From assembly GCA_963701295.1 (NCBI GenBank), contig OY969585.1, forward strand, positions 544,001 through 608,000: a stretch of 64,000 bases of DNA. The letters run 5' to 3'. Made by a program: the position numbers and the translations under genes. This DNA comes from Ignavibacteriota bacterium (GTDB lineage Bacteria; Bacteroidota; Ignavibacteria; UBA10030). The notes below the pieces were generated by a model. The model had not been told where the DNA came from and did not search any database. It worked only from the letters and a program-made list of their open reading frames with translations. Of this stretch, positions 39,703 through 49,066 are shown piece by piece. Position 1 is the first letter of the stretch, and every line of letters begins with the position of its first letter.

Positions 39703-41205
39703 CTAATTTTTAATTGCTAGGGAGAACCTGCAGCCACCCTCCAGAAGATTCTCGACATCAAGCTGCCACCCACACTTTCCTACAGCAAGTTGATGTGCAA
39801 TATAGCATCCGTATCCGGAATGAGATTCAGAAGCCCTCTTTGTCGTTTCATGTTCCAGGAAGAGCTTCTTGACACCTTTTGGTCCAAGCTCCAAAAGTTC
39901 CGGAATAATCCCTATTCCATTGTCGGTAATATAGATATATGAGACTTGTTCTTTCCGATCGTATTTCGTTTGGACGTGAATCACAACAAAACTCACTCCA
40001 CAATGATCGATGCTATTTTGGATCAGCGGCTCCAAAATCTCCCATACGTTGAATTCATTGACACGAATGAGAGGAAGTGAGGGATCTAAATCAAGTTTCA
40101 ACTCAAACATCTCGTTTTTGCTTGAAATACGCAAGAACACATGCTGGACAATAAACTCGATTACTGAATTTACATTTGTGCGAAACATTGAATTGATAAT
40201 CGTATTAATATCCTGATCATACCACTTCATGTCATAAATAATTCTTGAGATAAAGTTGGAATAAGTAATAACTCGTTGTTTGAGCTCATTGAGATTTTCG
40301 GAGTTCATCTTTCGGACATCATCTTTTATGAATCCCATAATCTTTTCTGCTTTGTGATGTGTATGGTAAATTCGTTTCGTAAAAAGTGATTCCTTCTCCA
40401 GACGAATCTGTTTTTCGAGGTTTTCCTCATGCTCGAGGAATAGCTCTTCCTGCACCTTGTTACGCTCACTCACTGCGCGCGACGAGACGATGAAAATAGC
40501 AATCAGCCCAATAAGAATGAGTGCAGAAAATATCAGAGCTACTTTATCAAAGCTGGATGTAATCTCTGTTGTAAGAAAGGAAAAGTCCGGAGTAATGCGG
40601 AAATACAGGACACCCAATAATTCACCATCGGGAACAAAGGGAACGATCACATCGAATGTTTTTTCATTCGTGACAGCACTGAGTATTTTTTCATTGCGTC
40701 GCATCTCATCCCAGGCGCTCAAGTAAAACTGGATACCGGTTTTGTGAGGCGTATTTGTTTCTCCCTCATACGGCACGAGTGACCCGTCGAAATAGGCAGA
40801 CATCTTTTGTCCGCTATCAATGATATAGATTCGATCCTCTTTCACAAGAATCAAGCAAATATCATCCACACTGCGGTGGATTTGCTGCTGCTTAAAAATT
40901 ACATTTAAGGAATGGGCAAGACTCATTTCAGTGCTATCCTGCTGGGCTCGAAGACGCTGTTGACGCTCAAACAATAATTCTACGTTCGTCGTCGTAACCA
41001 ACGCAAGACGCTCTGCATAATATTTTTGAAACCAACTCTGGGTATCCCTCAAAAAATTCCCGAGTGTCGCTTTCTGAAAAAATATCAGTATAATCTGGAA
41101 GGAAATGAGGACGAAGAAAATGACGATGATATGCCGGATTTCGAATTGATACCGCGTTAATTTAACTTTAATCTTTTCTGGGAGATGAATGTGAAAACCC
41201 AACAT
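39703..41205 (-). CDS. Membrane sensor histidine kinase (atypical H-box)
   Basis: Two TMs, YHTHHKAEK, LIQNSIDH, DNGIGI, GYGCYI. Confidence 0.82.
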   Translation of the reverse strand: MLGFHIHLPEKIKVKLTRYQFEIRHIIVIFFVLISFQIILIFFQKATLGNFLRDTQSWFQKYYAERLALVTTTNVELLFERQQRLRAQQDSTEMSLAHSLNVIFKQQQIHRSVDDICLILVKEDRIYIIDSGQKMSAYFDGSLVPYEGETNTPHKTGIQFYLSAWDEMRRNEKILSAVTNEKTFDVIVPFVPDGELLGVLYFRITPDFSFLTTEITSSFDKVALIFSALILIGLIAIFIVSSRAVSERNKVQEELFLEHEENLEKQIRLEKESLFTKRIYHTHHKAEKIMGFIKDDVRKMNSENLNELKQRVITYSNFISRIIYDMKWYDQDINTIINSMFRTNVNSVIEFIVQHVFLRISSKNEMFELKLDLDPSLPLIRVNEFNVWEILEPLIQNSIDHCGVSFVVIHVQTKYDRKEQVSYIYITDNGIGIIPELLELGPKGVKKLFLEHETTKRASESHSGYGCYIAHQLAVGKCGWQLDVENLLEGGCRFSLAIKN

Positions 41206-41208
41206 GGT

Positions 41209-42516
41209 TCACCTGCCCCTCGTTTGACTACCTTCTGCTTCGATAGAAGTTTGCACGCTCTGCAATGCCTTCTCTACCGACATCTTACCTAGGATAGCCA
41301 AATAAAAATAGCGCGCCATAATCTTCGAATATTTCGTATAGTTATCCTGCATAGGCCTATAAACACCAAAAGCCATCATGCCCTTCATTGTGTATATTTC
41401 CGGATATCGTTGACGATATGTCGAATCATTATAAAATGAATTTATCACAGGACAATATCCCCCTTTTGTATAGAATATTTCCTGCGATTCATCACTCAAT
41501 AAGAATTTTACAAAGTCGATTACGGCTTCTTTCTTCGTACTTGACTTCGACATCATCAGATTCCAACCGCCAAAGACATACGTAGGTTTCCCTTCAGGAA
41601 GATAAGGAATTTGTGCTTTCTTCAGATGTTTTTCCTTGTTATGATCAATGGATGCGTTCATAAAATCTTTGTCATAGCTTGTCCACCCACGAATGAATAG
41701 GCCGTCATTACGGATGAAATATTCATAACTTGATACATCTGTGAAATTACTTACCACCGGTGGTGTTACATGGTACCGGTGGACGAGATCCACTAAAAGC
41801 TGGAGAGCAGTTTTTGCTTCAGGCGTATCAAACTGAAAACCTACTGTTTCGAAATAGTTCGGACGCAGACTCAAGAGAATTTCAATGTAGCTGCATATAA
41901 GGCCTTCAAATTCCGCGGCAGGAAAAATATAGAACGGTTCTTTCGCCTTCAATCGTGTTTTCAGTTTTAAAAAATCAGGCCATGTGATTCCTTTTTTGAC
42001 CGCCTCAATTTCTTTTTCGCCGTTGGGAAACCGTTTCAATAAATCTTCCCGAAAGTACATTACTCCCTGAACACGATCGAGAGGAACCGCGACAAGTTCT
42101 CCTTCATGATAGCATGTCCGCAATGCAGTTTCAGTGAATCCCTTACGCTCTTCGTCAGTAAAGTACTTCCCAAGCGGTTCACACCACTTGGCAAACCTAT
42201 GCACCCAAATGATATCGACTGCGAGCAAATCAATAGCGTCATCTTCTCCGCGCAAGGAACGGGCGAGCACTTCCTTCCGTCCATCGGTGCTAAAATCCTC
42301 AAGCGGGAAATCAATCGGAATCACCTTAACTGAGCCGGCATGCATAGAATTATACTTATCGATGAGAATGCGATGTGCTTCCGTTACGCGATCTGCAAAA
42401 TGGATTTCCGTCACAGATTTTTGTGTTCGGTGACTAAAAATATAAAAGGTCAACACATAAAGGAGCGCAAGAGCTGCAAGAAGTCCAATCCCGATTAATT
42501 GTTTACTCGTCATCAA
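41209..42516 (-). CDS. Extracellular sugar-binding protein (SBP family 1)
   Basis: LVAVPL...MYFREDLL, EFEGLIC, FGGWNL. Confidence 0.88.
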   Translation of the reverse strand: MMTSKQLIGIGLLAALALLYVLTFYIFSHRTQKSVTEIHFADRVTEAHRILIDKYNSMHAGSVKVIPIDFPLEDFSTDGRKEVLARSLRGEDDAIDLLAVDIIWVHRFAKWCEPLGKYFTDEERKGFTETALRTCYHEGELVAVPLDRVQGVMYFREDLLKRFPNGEKEIEAVKKGITWPDFLKLKTRLKAKEPFYIFPAAEFEGLICSYIEILLSLRPNYFETVGFQFDTPEAKTALQLLVDLVHRYHVTPPVVSNFTDVSSYEYFIRNDGLFIRGWTSYDKDFMNASIDHNKEKHLKKAQIPYLPEGKPTYVFGGWNLMMSKSSTKKEAVIDFVKFLLSDESQEIFYTKGGYCPVINSFYNDSTYRQRYPEIYTMKGMMAFGVYRPMQDNYTKYSKIMARYFYLAILGKMSVEKALQSVQTSIEAEGSQTRGR

Positions 42517-43094
42517 AGATGCATTTCCTTTCTCAATTGATTATTTGAATAAGTGCATTCAATAGTATTGTATATGTAATGTGTCGTCTTGTTTCTGTAA
42601 AGTCAACCGTGTAAAATATAGACTCCTGAGATAATAATAGGATATTCCATCTAACATGATAAAGTCCTATGTAGCTCATAATGACGGATAGTGCCATGAT
42701 TTTGTCCCTCCGATTCTTTGATAGTACCCTGGCTATCCAAGTCTAGTGATCCAATCGAACCATAATCAATGATCAGGACCAAAATTGAGATGCAGCTTTG
42801 CGCTGGACTTCCCACCCTAATTTTCCATCGCATAAAAAGAGGCATTGACTGCACTCAAAGGTTTTATTGCCAAGCCCAATGTCCTTTTATTAATTATACA
42901 CAGAAGTACAGAATTTGAAATTGTTATGAGATTTCTGTCACCGTACTTTTCGGATATCTCTATGTCTATTATCATTTACAAACTCAAAACACAACGGAAG
43001 ACTTGTGAGAAAATTTCTTCTTTCCATCATCATATCTCCTCGTTTGATAATCGATAAAATCGAATAAACCTAAAGAGATCCTTTTACATCAAGA

Positions 43095-45581
43095 TTACTT
43101 GTTCAATAACCAATCTGCCGCCATAGTTAAGAACATGAAATCCGTTGCTCCTCCACCCATCACATATTCCGTCTGCTGCCAGAAATAGGGCCATATTTTC
43201 AACTCAGGTAAGTCTGGACGAATTATAGCCGTACCGCTCCCTACACCACCTGGAATATATGACCATTCATCTCTGTTGACACCGTAAGCCACTGTCAAGG
43301 ATTTCACTCCAACACCCGAAGCGAACGATGCAGTGTTTTCGCCAGGATGACATCCAAGAATGAAATTCATCGCGTTGAAGGCATATTCAGATGTAAAGAT
43401 CTTGGGAAAACCTAAATAGAGACAGAGTTGCTTGACACCGAATGATTGAATGCTCCACCCCGCTCCCCAGACGTACGGTTTATATGGTACACCATAAGGA
43501 TTCTGTTTCTGTAGTTCGATAATTTTCTCGAATGCTTTCTTGACAGCTTTCTCAATTTTTCCGGTGAATTCATTATTACCCATTTTTGCAGTAACCCTAC
43601 CGATGGTCTCACTGAAATATTCAATATTATCGGTCAATGAGTCTACATATTTTTGTAGATATAATTCATATTCATTTTTCGAAGTTGTTAAGTACAGCTC
43701 GGCAATTGCATTAGCTCTGAGCGTCGGCATTGCAGAGGAATTGCTTTTGCAGAGTTCTTCTGAAATCTTCAAACACTTGCCAGCCAATTCAGGATTATAT
43801 GTTTTCAGCACTCTACACGCTGCAGCCAATACTTGCGCGGTATAGAGTTCTCGTTGAGGATTTTTTTCTGTGAATACCAATCGATCATCTTCCGGCAACG
43901 GTTGACCGAGTATTGGATCTTCTTTATTTTCTTTGTAAACAAGATTATCAGTTATTGTCGAAGCGTCACCTAGATGCACATATTGCTGAAGAGAAACTTC
44001 TTGAATTCCTCGATACAATCTTCCCATCGATTCATATGAACTAACTATGCTTAATACACCATGTTCAATTTGTTGAAGGATATCTGATTTTCCATCCGGT
44101 TTATGAATTTCTACAATTCTTGTCTCTTGATTGATGGACGTCTCGTCATAATTGTTTCCAAAGAACTCATATGCCAGTGCAAGCTTATAGATTGTTTCAG
44201 CTTGCGATTCTATTCTCAGATCATAGTCACCGGCATCATGCCACCCACCAACATTTAATCCAGGCACATGCTCTCCGGATTTGAATTTTGTTAATGTGGA
44301 TTCTAGCTGATAATAACCATCAAAGTGATTATAGTTGATCGGAGCCATAACGGCATCATCCATATGACAGATTCCATGCCATGTTTTGTATCGGTCTTTG
44401 ATTTTCATATGGCACATTTGTACCGGGAGAAAATATTCTAATGTCGGCTGCCATACATGTCTAGCAAAAATATCTCTTTTGATTTCAAATTCATTCGATT
44501 CGACATTGCCATATTGTATTTTGTACAACCCTTCGTCCGCCACATCACTGAAGTCAAATCGCACATACTGATACCGCAAGAATCGTCCCCACGGCTTTGG
44601 AGCAATATCTGCTTTGACCGTTGTTACGGAATCCTCACTAATTTTAAGAAGCTGAACCGGCTCAAAGTTCTCCGTCAATTTATCTAACTCGATTACTGCG
44701 AATTTTGCTTGCTTCGGATGATATCCTATTTGAGACACTTGAATGACCAGCTTATACTTCCAGCCAGGGTTTCGTTTTGGCGTGATTATCCATTCGACTG
44801 CATTTTTGGCGGTACCAGCAGGGATGGTCGATCGTAAGACAAACCATCCGTTGTTATGCAAACCTCTTCCATCAATCAGTTGAAGATCATTTGTTCTGCT
44901 TATAATCTTCAGCTCTTTTCCTATTCTTGTCGGTGCAATGAGCAGTTTTTTCCCTACAGCCAATGGAGTGATTTGGATATTTCCATCTTCATCTCTTTTC
45001 ATTGGACCGTTTGCCTGACGAGGAAAAATACCCGTTTTATTATCCATAAAATAATGCTCGCCAAAGTAATGGCCCGGGAATAATTCCAAATTGAATCCGA
45101 CTTTATTTGCCCACTCCCTGGGGAGGGGTTTTTCGAGATCAACGATAAGTCTTATACTGCCTCCTACTGCTTCAGACCGAATGGTATATTTGAATGTCAA
45201 ATCAGGATAGCGAATCGGGTTAAATCCCTTTTGATTCCTGCTGGAATCCGGATACCACAGATCAACAGAAATCGTTCCCCTCTCTCTATCGATATATTTT
45301 CCACCAATCTTCGGAATTGGTGACCATTGTCCCGGTGTTGGCTCAAGCCGAATATCTCCGTTCGCTGCAACTCGTGTACCGCATTGTATGATGGTCAAGC
45401 CGCTTTGATGACCTTCAGGGTAAAAATCATCAAACATCATGATATTAATCCCTTGAGCCTCATAGTACCCTTCAGTATTTACATGAAGAGTTGTATCAGG
45501 TTGTGCCGAACCAGAATATGAAATCGTTGTGAAACAAAGAATGAGCATTGAAATTATAGTATATTGAACCATCTTTATCAC
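43095..45581 (-). CDS. Glycoside hydrolase family 9 with N-terminal extension
   Basis: Signal peptide, VSQIGYHP, GGWHDAGDY. Confidence 0.88.
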   Translation of the reverse strand: MIKMVQYTIISMLILCFTTISYSGSAQPDTTLHVNTEGYYEAQGINIMMFDDFYPEGHQSGLTIIQCGTRVAANGDIRLEPTPGQWSPIPKIGGKYIDRERGTISVDLWYPDSSRNQKGFNPIRYPDLTFKYTIRSEAVGGSIRLIVDLEKPLPREWANKVGFNLELFPGHYFGEHYFMDNKTGIFPRQANGPMKRDEDGNIQITPLAVGKKLLIAPTRIGKELKIISRTNDLQLIDGRGLHNNGWFVLRSTIPAGTAKNAVEWIITPKRNPGWKYKLVIQVSQIGYHPKQAKFAVIELDKLTENFEPVQLLKISEDSVTTVKADIAPKPWGRFLRYQYVRFDFSDVADEGLYKIQYGNVESNEFEIKRDIFARHVWQPTLEYFLPVQMCHMKIKDRYKTWHGICHMDDAVMAPINYNHFDGYYQLESTLTKFKSGEHVPGLNVGGWHDAGDYDLRIESQAETIYKLALAYEFFGNNYDETSINQETRIVEIHKPDGKSDILQQIEHGVLSIVSSYESMGRLYRGIQEVSLQQYVHLGDASTITDNLVYKENKEDPILGQPLPEDDRLVFTEKNPQRELYTAQVLAAACRVLKTYNPELAGKCLKISEELCKSNSSAMPTLRANAIAELYLTTSKNEYELYLQKYVDSLTDNIEYFSETIGRVTAKMGNNEFTGKIEKAVKKAFEKIIELQKQNPYGVPYKPYVWGAGWSIQSFGVKQLCLYLGFPKIFTSEYAFNAMNFILGCHPGENTASFASGVGVKSLTVAYGVNRDEWSYIPGGVGSGTAIIRPDLPELKIWPYFWQQTEYVMGGGATDFMFLTMAADWLLNK

Positions 45582-45632
45582 AGAATGCCTCCCAGAAAAA
45601 TATCAATTATAAATAATGTGCATTTTCGAACA

Positions 45633-46502
45633 TTACTTTTTTATTAAAGGTTCGAAAATGAACTGCATACCTCGTGTATACCCTTCCGGCTTTGAACTTG
45701 CATGATACGCATCGTCAAGAATGCGAAAATTATATCTGAAGTTTTTATAATTATGTTTTTTAAGTGCTTCGTCAAACCGTTTTATTCCCTGAAGAAATTC
45801 CGGCTGATCTGCAAATTCCTTTTCTGCGCCAGTCATGAACAGCGCAACCGGTAAATCTGGATGTTGCATGTGAAACTTTTCCTCAAGTCTAAAAAGCCAA
45901 TCATTATCCCATACAGCAGCAGGACTGATGGCAATGTACGCATTGAATAAGTTCGGTCTGGTAAACATAGCATATAATGTAAAGAGACCTCCCAACGAAC
46001 TTCCGCCCAAAGCACGAAAACAAGTATCAACGCGGTAGTGTGTTTCCATAAAAGGAATAAATTCGTGTTCGACAACTTTCAAATATTCAGGAGCACCACC
46101 GGTTCCCTCATAATTCTGCGGTTTAGTCGGCGTATAATCATATGATCTTAATTTCCCATAATCAAGATTTTCTCCTTTATACGAAAAGCCGACAAGAAAA
46201 CACTCACGGATGGTTTTATCAAAAATTTGATCACCATATATCATTGCAAGCAATGCAAAATCATAATATCCGTCACAAAAATAGACAACAGGATAACTTT
46301 TCGTTGTATCTTTATGATAACTATAGGGAAAATTAATAATGAGTTCATAATCCTGACCGGCAATCTTCGAGTGCACTTCCCTAATTTCTGTCCCACGCAT
46401 CTCGAACCATCGAATGTTTTCCTTCGTTTTCTGTCCATAGAGAGATGTACAACAAAGAATTAAAACAGTACTTAATAAATATATGGTACTCTGTTTATGC
46501 AT
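45633..46502 (-). CDS. Alpha/beta-hydrolase putative esterase
   Basis: GSSLGG nucleophile elbow, YPVVYFCDG. Confidence 0.85.
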   Translation of the reverse strand: MHKQSTIYLLSTVLILCCTSLYGQKTKENIRWFEMRGTEIREVHSKIAGQDYELIINFPYSYHKDTTKSYPVVYFCDGYYDFALLAMIYGDQIFDKTIRECFLVGFSYKGENLDYGKLRSYDYTPTKPQNYEGTGGAPEYLKVVEHEFIPFMETHYRVDTCFRALGGSSLGGLFTLYAMFTRPNLFNAYIAISPAAVWDNDWLFRLEEKFHMQHPDLPVALFMTGAEKEFADQPEFLQGIKRFDEALKKHNYKNFRYNFRILDDAYHASSKPEGYTRGMQFIFEPLIKK

Positions 46503-46590
46503 GATAAGCCCTTTCTATTTTTATATTCTAAGGCTTAAAAACAAATCTGTTATTTATCTAAATAAATTCAATTCTCATGTCAAAATAACT

Positions 46591-48915
46591 TTATTTTTCT
46601 TTTAAGAAATCTTCGTGTGTCAGTATCTTAGGATAACTGTAGAGATCCCTTATTTGCTGTGGAGTATTATGTGTATCGACAAAATTTCCCCAGACCATAA
46701 ACCATGTCCACAGAGGTTGACGTGCCAAAATATCCGGAGGCGGCACTTCTCCCACTTCGCCCAGAGCGATCACTTTCCCTTGACCGAGTTTAACAAGATC
46801 ATCGTGATGACTTTGTCTATAATCACTGTGATAGACATCTGCAGCCAGGACATCAACATACTCTAATCCCGGGAAATAATCTTCATAGGCGTATGCTTCG
46901 TCGTTTATCAACTGACGGGGCGCATTCGTGTTCCATACCCAAATCAAATTGTTGAGTTTGTGATAATTGACAAACCGATCAAACAGCATCCTGTACAATT
47001 TGGCAGATCCATTCTCTCCTTTCCTGTCTCCCCACCAGAACCAGACTCCATTCAATTCATGATACGGTCTCCAGAGAACAGGCACACCACGGATCTGCAA
47101 TTCCTTCAGATATGCAGCAATGGTATCCACCCTGCTTATCCACTTAGAATTTAATTTTGTGCCTGGCGTTATTAATTCTTCCCATTCCTTGTCAGTCATC
47201 TTCGCTTGCACGCTTTCTTTCCAACTAAATGGCGGATCGTCTTGTGGTCTCCCAACATGCCACATTAAAGTAACAATGTATCCATCGTTATATTTCTCGT
47301 AAGCTGTTTGAATAAGCGTATCTGTATATCCTTTACGAAAGTATCCTGCAAAATCGCAGCCCCATATTTCCGGTAATTTTCCAGTAAGCTCCTTTACACG
47401 GTTTGGATATGTATCTGTTCTCCCGACATAATTATGATGACCAGCAATAATATTTTTACCGCTGATAGAATATAAATACTCCAATAATTTTCTTGCTTGA
47501 GGGATGGCATTCTTGTTTACCGGATCAAAATGCTTTTGACCAGGGATGAGTGTCTGACTCTTGAGTCTGTTTATGCAGTTTATCAACGCCCTGGATGTGT
47601 GGTAGTTACCTTTCCAAATTGAGCCTTTTGGAGAATACTTCAAGTTTGGTACGATATCTATACCACCCCAATACCAACCTCCATGTTCTTGATCGATAAG
47701 ATACTTTTTGCAGTAGTTCCACTGAATACAGAATTTTTCATAATATTGTTGCTTATCATGAGGGAAGAGATCCGACATCATCAAAAAGGAATTGAGAGCT
47801 TCCACCTGCGACCACCATTCTTTGGTGTTTCGTACAATCACTGCATTCTTTTCTCCAGGGAAATAGTACCCACCGTCAAAAAGACCTCCACGTTCTTTAT
47901 CCCAACCGTTTCGCAATGCATGATCGACCATCTTTTTAGCAACCCTGAGCGTCGTCGTATCGTTTTTCATACCCAGTGCTTCCGATGCCTCCAACATCAG
48001 ATAAGCCGTCTCGACATCATGGCCAAATGAAACATGATCAAATTCGTAATTCTTCATTCGAACGGCTGCAGTAGAATCCATATAGGATACGGGAGTCAAA
48101 TCACGTTTTAAGAATAATGTCAAATATCCTCTGTCTGTCGTAATGATATCCCGTACCAATCGCAACATTGAGGATAAGCGTTCTTTGAGTGTTGAATCCG
48201 GCCAGACTTCATAAAGCTCAGTGAAACATTCGAGTATGTGGATTGAAGAGTTCTGGTCTTTGGGTGGTGACGCTTTATATCCTTCTCTAAAAGGAATTCC
48301 GTCTTGGGACATGAATTGATAATAACCGCCATGGTGAGGATCATAGCTGTGCTTCTCGAGCCACCAAAAAGTTTCCTGAGCAAGTTTCAGCGCAGCAGTA
48401 TCACCCGAAGCCCGGTAATAAGCGGCTAATCCGTAGATGGCAAAAGCATTTCCATATGCTGTTTTAATGATTTCCCCGAATTCTTTGAGCGGTTCCCCTT
48501 CTCTCGAAACGAGATTAAAGAAACCGCCAAACTCTTTATCCCATATTTTATGTTTTAGGAACTGTACACCGTAGCCAGCCACTTTGCGAAGCGCATTATC
48601 TTTCTGATAAAACATACAAGCATTTGCTGTTGACCAAATATGGCGAGACTGTGTAACAATCATCTTGTTTTGCCTGCCGTCCAGTTTCCATTTATAATCT
48701 ATATCACTAAAATAACCTCCAAACGATGTGTCTATTGATAAAGGATACCAACATCCAAATTCAGTATCGAGAACTTTCTGCATCTCGATTATGATTGTAT
48801 CTCAATGTACTTGTACATCATTCGAAAAAATTCTTGCGAAGGTTTTCCCAGTGGCAAATAAAGAAAACAGGGCAACAAGAACGATTAATGAATGCAGTGT
48901 TAATTTGTTTTTCAT
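46591..48915 (-). CDS. Cellobiose 2-epimerase (AGE family)-GH26 beta-mannanase fusion; in-frame TGA at 48802-48804 after the signal peptide
   Basis: DQNSSIHILE, SFGHDVE, WWSQVE, WKGNYHTSR (epimerase); WRPYHELNG.WFWWG, IALGEVG (GH26). Confidence 0.88.
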
Positions 48916-48984
48916 TTTGTACATGCTCATCGCGGTATTTTCATAATAACAAGTTCGAACGGTTTTCATTTATTTGAAGTTGGA

Positions 48985-49037
48985 AAAATAAACTGAGGCT
49001 GGCAAGGACATATATTATTGCCCTTTTCCAGCCTCAG
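48985..49037 (-). terminator. Stem-loop terminator
   Basis: CTGAGGCTGG...CCAGCCTCAG plus T-rich tail on minus strand. Confidence 0.6.
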
Positions 49038-49066
49038 AAGGATTTTCCAATATCATTAAGGAATCC

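Noticed and set aside
42651-43057. Short ORFs between the SBP and GH9 genes
   Set aside because: No recognisable motifs or RBS; may be a decayed relic
48802-48804. Selenocysteine or alternative genetic code at the in-frame TGA
   Set aside because: Non-catalytic position, no SECIS recognised, and TGA terminates many other genes in the window
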